DNA of 64,000 nucleotides from Sediminibacterium sp. (lineage in GTDB: Bacteria > Bacteroidota > Bacteroidia > Chitinophagales > Chitinophagaceae), in the NCBI GenBank assembly GCA_965279635.1, contig OZ257253.1, positions 257,506-321,505 on the forward strand. The letters run 5' to 3'. Positions within the stretch are counted from its first letter, which is position 1, and every line of letters begins with the position of its first letter. Below the pieces are notes generated by a model. The model worked only from the letters and a program-made list of their open reading frames with translations. It was not told where the DNA came from and searched no databases. Below are positions 59,223 through 64,000 of the stretch, piece after piece. The translations under genes were made by a program, and so were the position numbers.

Positions 59223-61169
59223 ATGAAAAAACTTTACCTGCTCAGCATTGCACTGCTATCTGTTTTTTTCCTGTTTGCGCAAACCCAGGTCTCATTAAAA
59301 TGGACCTCACAATCAAAAAAGATCGGGGAAGGTCTGTATGAGTTAACATCATCAGTCACCATACCTGCCGGCTGGCACCTGTATGGGAAGAATGCTTCCA
59401 TAGAAGGGTTAGAGAATGTGCAGTTCGTTCCGGTATATGAAAATGCGAAGCTACAGGGTGAGATCGGGTTTAACGGTGCCCCGCAAACTATCCAGGATCC
59501 TATTTTCGAAAAGAAAGTAAATGTATTTACAGGCGCAGTAGAGATCGTGCAGCAAATAAAGATCAATGGCTTTATACCTGCCGACCTGAAAGGCACCATC
59601 GTTGCTTACCTTGGAAAAACCGGCGAGTTCATCCGCTCCGAAGAACCTTTCGAGGTATTGCTGGAAGGTGGCCAGGCAGCTACTGCTTCATCGGAAAGTA
59701 TCAGGTTATCTTCTATAGACCTTGATAAACCATTGGAAAACTGCGGAGAGAAGAATGATCTGGTAGATACAGGCTTACTATCAGTATTCTTTATCGGCTT
59801 TCTTGGCGGACTGATTGCCTTACTAACGCCCTGTGTGTTTCCTATGATACCTGTAACCGTTTCATTTTTCACGAAACGCTCCGAAACAAGAAAACGGGCG
59901 GTGCGTAACGGTGTGATGTATGGTTTTTTTATTTTCCTAATCTACCTGCTGGCCAGTGTGCCGTTCCATATTTTGGGAAATGTGCAGCCTGAGATATTCA
60001 ATAATATTTCGACCAATTCCTGGCTCAATATCATCTTCTTTATCATCTTTATCGTTTTTGCGATCTCTTTCTTTGGTTATTTTGAGATTACGCTGCCGAG
60101 TAATATTGCGAGCCGTGCAGATTCTAAAAGCGGTTTGGGAAGCACGTTCGGTATTTTCTTTATGGCGCTTACACTGGCCATTGTTTCCTTCTCCTGTACC
60201 GGTCCGATACTGGGGTCATTGCTGGTGGGTTCATTGAGTGGTGGTGCATGGCAGTTAACATCCGGCTTAGCGGGTTTTGGATTAGCGCTGGCATTACCAT
60301 TTGCCTTGTTCGCGATATTTCCGAACTGGCTGCAGTCATTACCCAAATCGGGCGGCTGGCTGGATACCGTGAAAAAAATACTGGCTTTTCTTGAACTGGC
60401 CCTCGCGTTTAAGTTCTTATCCAACGCAGATCTAGTCATGCACTGGGGATTGCTGAAACGGGAAGTATTTATCGGGGTATGGTTACTGATCAGTGCAGGA
60501 CTAACCTTGTACCTGTTTGGCATTCTCCGGTTACCTCATGATTATAAAGGGATGAAGATCGGCAGCGGAAGAAAATTGCTGGGTGTGATCGCGTTGCTGT
60601 TCACATTGTATCTTATTCCCGGTGTGACCAAAACTAAGTATGCGAACCTGCAGTTGTTAAGCGGCTTCCCGCCGCCGTTCAGTTACAGTATCTATGGAAA
60701 AGATAATGTACACAACAAAGGACTGGAAGCGAATGTAGTGAATGACTATGCGAAGGCACTGCAACTCGCCAGGGAACAAAACAAACCGATACTGATCGAT
60801 TTCACCGGCTGGGCCTGCGTGAACTGCCGCAAGATGGAAGAGAATGTGTGGACACAACCGGAAGTGTACAAGTATATCAAAGAGAACTTTATTCTTGTAT
60901 CGTTGTATGTGGATGACAGGGAGAACCTGCCTGCTGAACAGCGTATCAATAATTACAAAACGAAAGACGGCAATACGAAAGACATCATCAATATCGGTGA
61001 TAAATGGGCCACTTTCCAATCAGAAAATTTTAACCAGACCACGCAACCGCTTTATGTGATACTTGATACACAGCAGCGACTGGTTAACCACCCGGTGGCA
61101 TATACACCTGATGCGGATGAATACCTCGCCTGGCTGAAATGTGGTAAAGAAGCGTTTGGAATTAAGTGA
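59223..61169 (+). CDS. dsbD: thiol:disulfide interchange protein DsbD family (N-domain + TM core + thioredoxin domain)
   Basis: TM Cys motifs LTPCVFPMIP and FSCTGPILG. C-terminal thioredoxin WACVNC. The N-domain has WHLYG but no Cys pair. Confidence 0.88.
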   Translation: MKKLYLLSIALLSVFFLFAQTQVSLKWTSQSKKIGEGLYELTSSVTIPAGWHLYGKNASIEGLENVQFVPVYENAKLQGEIGFNGAPQTIQDPIFEKKVNVFTGAVEIVQQIKINGFIPADLKGTIVAYLGKTGEFIRSEEPFEVLLEGGQAATASSESIRLSSIDLDKPLENCGEKNDLVDTGLLSVFFIGFLGGLIALLTPCVFPMIPVTVSFFTKRSETRKRAVRNGVMYGFFIFLIYLLASVPFHILGNVQPEIFNNISTNSWLNIIFFIIFIVFAISFFGYFEITLPSNIASRADSKSGLGSTFGIFFMALTLAIVSFSCTGPILGSLLVGSLSGGAWQLTSGLAGFGLALALPFALFAIFPNWLQSLPKSGGWLDTVKKILAFLELALAFKFLSNADLVMHWGLLKREVFIGVWLLISAGLTLYLFGILRLPHDYKGMKIGSGRKLLGVIALLFTLYLIPGVTKTKYANLQLLSGFPPPFSYSIYGKDNVHNKGLEANVVNDYAKALQLAREQNKPILIDFTGWACVNCRKMEENVWTQPEVYKYIKENFILVSLYVDDRENLPAEQRINNYKTKDGNTKDIINIGDKWATFQSENFNQTTQPLYVILDTQQRLVNHPVAYTPDADEYLAWLKCGKEAFGIK

Positions 61170-61172
61170 TTT

Positions 61173-61279
61173 CTCTGTGTACCTCTGTGCGCTTTGTGCC
61201 TCTGTGGTAAAGCCTTCGCTCTGATCAATGGAGGATGTTCTTTACCACAGAGGCACAAAGGTCACAGAGGTACACAGAG
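61173..61279. repeat. ~107-nt palindromic element, copy 4 of 4 (loop in opposite orientation)
   Basis: Arms 61173-61212 and 61240-61279 (38/40). The loop ccttcgctctgatcaatggaggatgtt is the reverse complement of the loops in copies 1-3. Confidence 0.92.
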
Positions 61280-61280
61280 A

Positions 61281-61862
61281 TTATAAACTGATCTGTTTCT
61301 CCTGCATCATCTTCCGCAGGTTGATCAATCCATACCGCATACGACCGAGCGCCGTATTGATACTGCAATTGGTAATAACGGCGATCTCTTTAAAACTCAG
61401 GTTGGCGTAATGACGCAGTACAATGATCTCACGCTGTTCTTCCGGTAAAAGGTTGAGCATCTGGCGCACGCGTTCGTGGCTCTGGCCCTGCATCACTTTG
61501 GCATCGGGCGCTTCTTCGGAGATCTGTAGCAGTTCAAAAATATCTTTGTTATCGCTGGTGCGGATGGCAGGCGCGCGTTTTACTTTCCTGAAATAATCCA
61601 CGCAAAGGTTATGTGCAATACGCAGCGCCCAGGGAAGGAACTTGCCTTCTTCCGTATATCGTTTGTTCTTGAGGGTATCGATGATCTTGATGAACACATC
61701 CTGGAACAGGTCCTCTGCGAGGTAGGTATCCTTTACAAAAAACAGAATAGACGAGAATACCTTGTCCTTGTATCGAAGGATGAGGTTCTCGAAGGCATCT
61801 ACGTCGCCATTCTGAAAAGCCAGGATCAGGTCAGTATCAGACACATGGTCCAATGTTCGCAT
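61281..61862 (-). CDS. ECF-type RNA polymerase sigma-70 factor
   Basis: Region 2 (DLFQDVFIKI, RYTEEGKFLPWALRIAHN) and region 4 (REIIVLRHYANLSFKEIAVITNCSINTA). No adjacent anti-sigma gene. Confidence 0.85.
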   Translation of the reverse strand: MRTLDHVSDTDLILAFQNGDVDAFENLILRYKDKVFSSILFFVKDTYLAEDLFQDVFIKIIDTLKNKRYTEEGKFLPWALRIAHNLCVDYFRKVKRAPAIRTSDNKDIFELLQISEEAPDAKVMQGQSHERVRQMLNLLPEEQREIIVLRHYANLSFKEIAVITNCSINTALGRMRYGLINLRKMMQEKQISL

Positions 61863-62099
61863 AGTTCGGGTTTTAGGGCCTGTGATCACGGATATTGGTG
61901 AATTTTTAATTGAGTGTAGCAGACTAACTCATTATATTTCAATGTCAAATTATACATCTTTTCATGTCTGGATCAGTTTGTGGAAAAGATGGTTTTCAAG
62001 GGTTGGGGTTATACACATTTAAGCCGTTTACAAGCGTTTACGGATTTTGCTAAATTTTTGTGCAAAATGGTTTGAATCTGTTTAATTTTATGATCCCTT

Positions 62100-64000
62100 A
62101 TGGCAACAAAAACAAAAGCAGCAGTTAAGACGAATACCATTGATGAGACAGGTAATATCGTAGTAAAAGGTGCGCGTACACACAATCTCAAGAATGTAAA
62201 TGTGGTGTTCCCGCGTAATCAACTGATCGTTGTTACTGGTGTATCCGGCAGCGGTAAATCATCTTTAACGATCGATACCTTATTTGCCGAGGGCCAGCGC
62301 CGTTATGCAGAAAGCCTGAGCGCGTATGCAAGACAGTTCATGGCGCGTATGGTTAAACCGGATGTGGATTATATCAAAGGCTTATGTCCTGCGATAGCTA
62401 TCGAACAGAAAGTGATCACACGTACACCACGCAGTACGGTGGGTAGTATGACGGAGATCTACGATTACCTGCGCTTGTTATTTGCACGTGCCGGTAAAAC
62501 CATTTCTCCCGTTAGCGGCAAGGAAGTAAAAAAAGATGATGTGGCCGATGTACTCAACGCCATCAATGCCATGCCGCATGGAACCAAAATACTGGTCATC
62601 GTTCCATTCAAACAACATGTAAAAAGAGAGGTACGTGAAGAACTAAGCATATTGATGCAGAAAGGGTTTTCGAGAATGTACTTTAGTCAGTCGGGAGTCG
62701 GGAGTGAGGAGTCTGGAGTAATTAAACGCATTGAAGAACTGCTGGAACTTTCTGACAAGGAATTAAAAAAACAACTCCAAACTCCAGACTCCAAACTCCA
62801 AACCCACGTCCTCATCGACCGCATCGTCACCAAAACCTTCGAAGAAGACGATCTGCACCGGTTATCAGATTCTATCGGCACCGCTTTTTACGAGGGTGAA
62901 GGTGAAATGTATATCGAGGTCAACAGCGAAAAATTGATCCACTTCAGTAATAAGTTTGAACTGGATGGTTTGCAGTTTGAAGAGCCGGTTCCTAATTTAT
63001 TTTCTTTTAATAATCCCTATGGCGCCTGTCCCACCTGCGAAGGGTTCAGCCAGGTATTGGGTATCGATGAGGATCTTGTGATCCCTGATAAAAGACTGAG
63101 CGTATATGAAGGCGCTGTTGCCCCCTGGAAAGGAGAAAAATTGGGCTGGTGGCGCGAGCAGTTTGTAAAAGCCGCCGGTAAAGCAGGCTTCCCGATACAT
63201 AAACCCATCATAGACCTTAGCAAACAGCAGTACAAACAGCTATGGGACGGTGAAGGAAATGCGCAGGGGATACATGATTTCTTTAAAGAAGTCGAACAGA
63301 ATTTATACAAAGTACAATACCGTGTTCTCCTGAGCCGCTACCGGGGCCGCACTACCTGTCCGGATTGTGAAGGCTATCGTTTGCGTAAGGAAGCATTGTA
63401 TGTAAAAGTAGACGGCAAACATATTGGTGAACTGTGCGAGATGCAGGTAAAGGATCTGCAAACATGGTTTGATGGAATAAAACTATCACAGCATGACCAG
63501 CAGGTGGCAAAAAGGATATTATTGGAAGTACACCAGCGGATACAGACATTGGTAGATGTGGGACTTGGCTATCTTACCCTGAACCGTCTCGCGAATTCAT
63601 TAAGCGGTGGTGAGAGCCAGCGTATCCAGTTGACACGCAGCCTGGGAAGCAATCTTACCAATTCGTTATACATTCTCGACGAACCCTCCATTGGATTACA
63701 TTCAAGGGATACGGAAAGGCTGATCAGTGTACTGAAATCATTGCGTGATCTTGGTAATACGGTTGTGGTGGTAGAGCATGACGAAATGATGATGCGTGAA
63801 GCAGATTATATCATCGACATGGGGCCGCTGGCTTCGCATCTTGGTGGGGAAGTGGTGGCAACGGGTAACTATGATGAACTGATATCCAATCCCGAAAGTC
63901 TCACCGGAAAATATCTTACAGGAGAATTCAGCATAGAGCCGCCGAAAAATATCCGCAAATGGACACGAAGCATTACCGTTGAAAATGCGAGGCAGAATAA
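62100..64000 (+). CDS. uvrA: excinuclease ABC subunit A, 5-prime part (runs off the window edge)
   Basis: Hand-translated; the ORF is open at the edge. VKGARTHNLKNVNVVFPRNQLIVVTGVSGSGKSSL, AEGQRRYAESLSAYARQF, Zn motifs CPTCEG and CPDCEG, LSGGESQRIQL. Confidence 0.93.
   Translation, partial: MATKTKAAVKTNTIDETGNIVVKGARTHNLKNVNVVFPRNQLIVVTGVSGSGKSSLTIDTLFAEGQRRYAESLSAYARQFMARMVKPDVDYIKGLCPAIAIEQKVITRTPRSTVGSMTEIYDYLRLLFARAGKTISPVSGKEVKKDDVADVLNAINAMPHGTKILVIVPFKQHVKREVREELSILMQKGFSRMYFSQSGVGSEESGVIKRIEELLELSDKELKKQLQTPDSKLQTHVLIDRIVTKTFEEDDLHRLSDSIGTAFYEGEGEMYIEVNSEKLIHFSNKFELDGLQFEEPVPNLFSFNNPYGACPTCEGFSQVLGIDEDLVIPDKRLSVYEGAVAPWKGEKLGWWREQFVKAAGKAGFPIHKPIIDLSKQQYKQLWDGEGNAQGIHDFFKEVEQNLYKVQYRVLLSRYRGRTTCPDCEGYRLRKEALYVKVDGKHIGELCEMQVKDLQTWFDGIKLSQHDQQVAKRILLEVHQRIQTLVDVGLGYLTLNRLANSLSGGESQRIQLTRSLGSNLTNSLYILDEPSIGLHSRDTERLISVLKSLRDLGNTVVVVEHDEMMMREADYIIDMGPLASHLGGEVVATGNYDELISNPESLTGKYLTGEFSIEPPKNIRKWTRSITVENARQN
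62689..62805. repeat. inverted word repeat (ggagtc/gtttggag vocabulary) in-frame inside uvrA
   Basis: Left arm 62689-62719 and right arm 62774-62805. Perfect 12-bp core, 62708-62719 with 62781-62792. The 14-mer at 62777-62790 is identical to 26454-26467. Confidence 0.75.

Overview
This looks like a 64-kb chromosomal window from a Bacteroidota genome. Gene content suggests a Chitinophagaceae/Sphingobacteriia-like organism: a split transketolase, an HmuY-like lipoprotein, a PcrB/GGGPS homolog and a Cys-poor DksA next to ileS. TAnnTTTG -7 promoter boxes sit 20-30 nt upstream of many start codons. Coding content is dense, and I call 51 CDS, almost all housekeeping.

Main coding content:
- A near-complete heme pathway cluster, hemB-hemF-hemE-hemD-hemC-hemA on the minus strand, divergent from hemH-hemJ.
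- A putative iron/heme uptake locus next to it (PepSY-TM protein, unknown secreted protein, TonB-dependent receptor, HmuY-like lipoprotein).
- Other genes: ileS, a DksA-like gene, an MsbA-like ABC exporter, rbfA, a lolE-like gene, the transketolase N-subunit, frr, PPK2, mscL, scpA, dxs, a LytS/LytTR two-component pair, class II RNR nrdJ, a GMC oxidoreductase pair, metG, a peptide/D-amino-acid salvage cluster, divergent katG-oxyR, two tandem alpha/beta hydrolases, kup, purQ, dsbD, an ECF sigma factor and the 5-prime part of uvrA.

I found no CRISPR array, transposase, integrase, prophage, recognisable defence system, tRNA or rRNA.

The most unusual signal is non-coding. Nearly every intergenic gap holds a long hairpin or palindrome whose arms are built from 2-4 degenerate tandem copies of a short 7-10 nt 'word'.
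- Several word families recur across the window.
- One ~107-nt element occurs four times, wedged between stop codons, with compensatory arm substitutions.
- Sequences of the same families sit in-frame inside two essential genes, hemC and uvrA.

Secondary anomalies:
- A ~475-bp low-GC patch with shifted codon usage inside ileS.
- A histone-H1-like Lys/Ala/Pro repeat fused to DksA.
- A stand-alone Cys-bearing nDsbD-like domain upstream of a DsbD whose own N-domain lacks the Cys pair.

All calls come from reading the sequence and the ORF translations. No database search was run.
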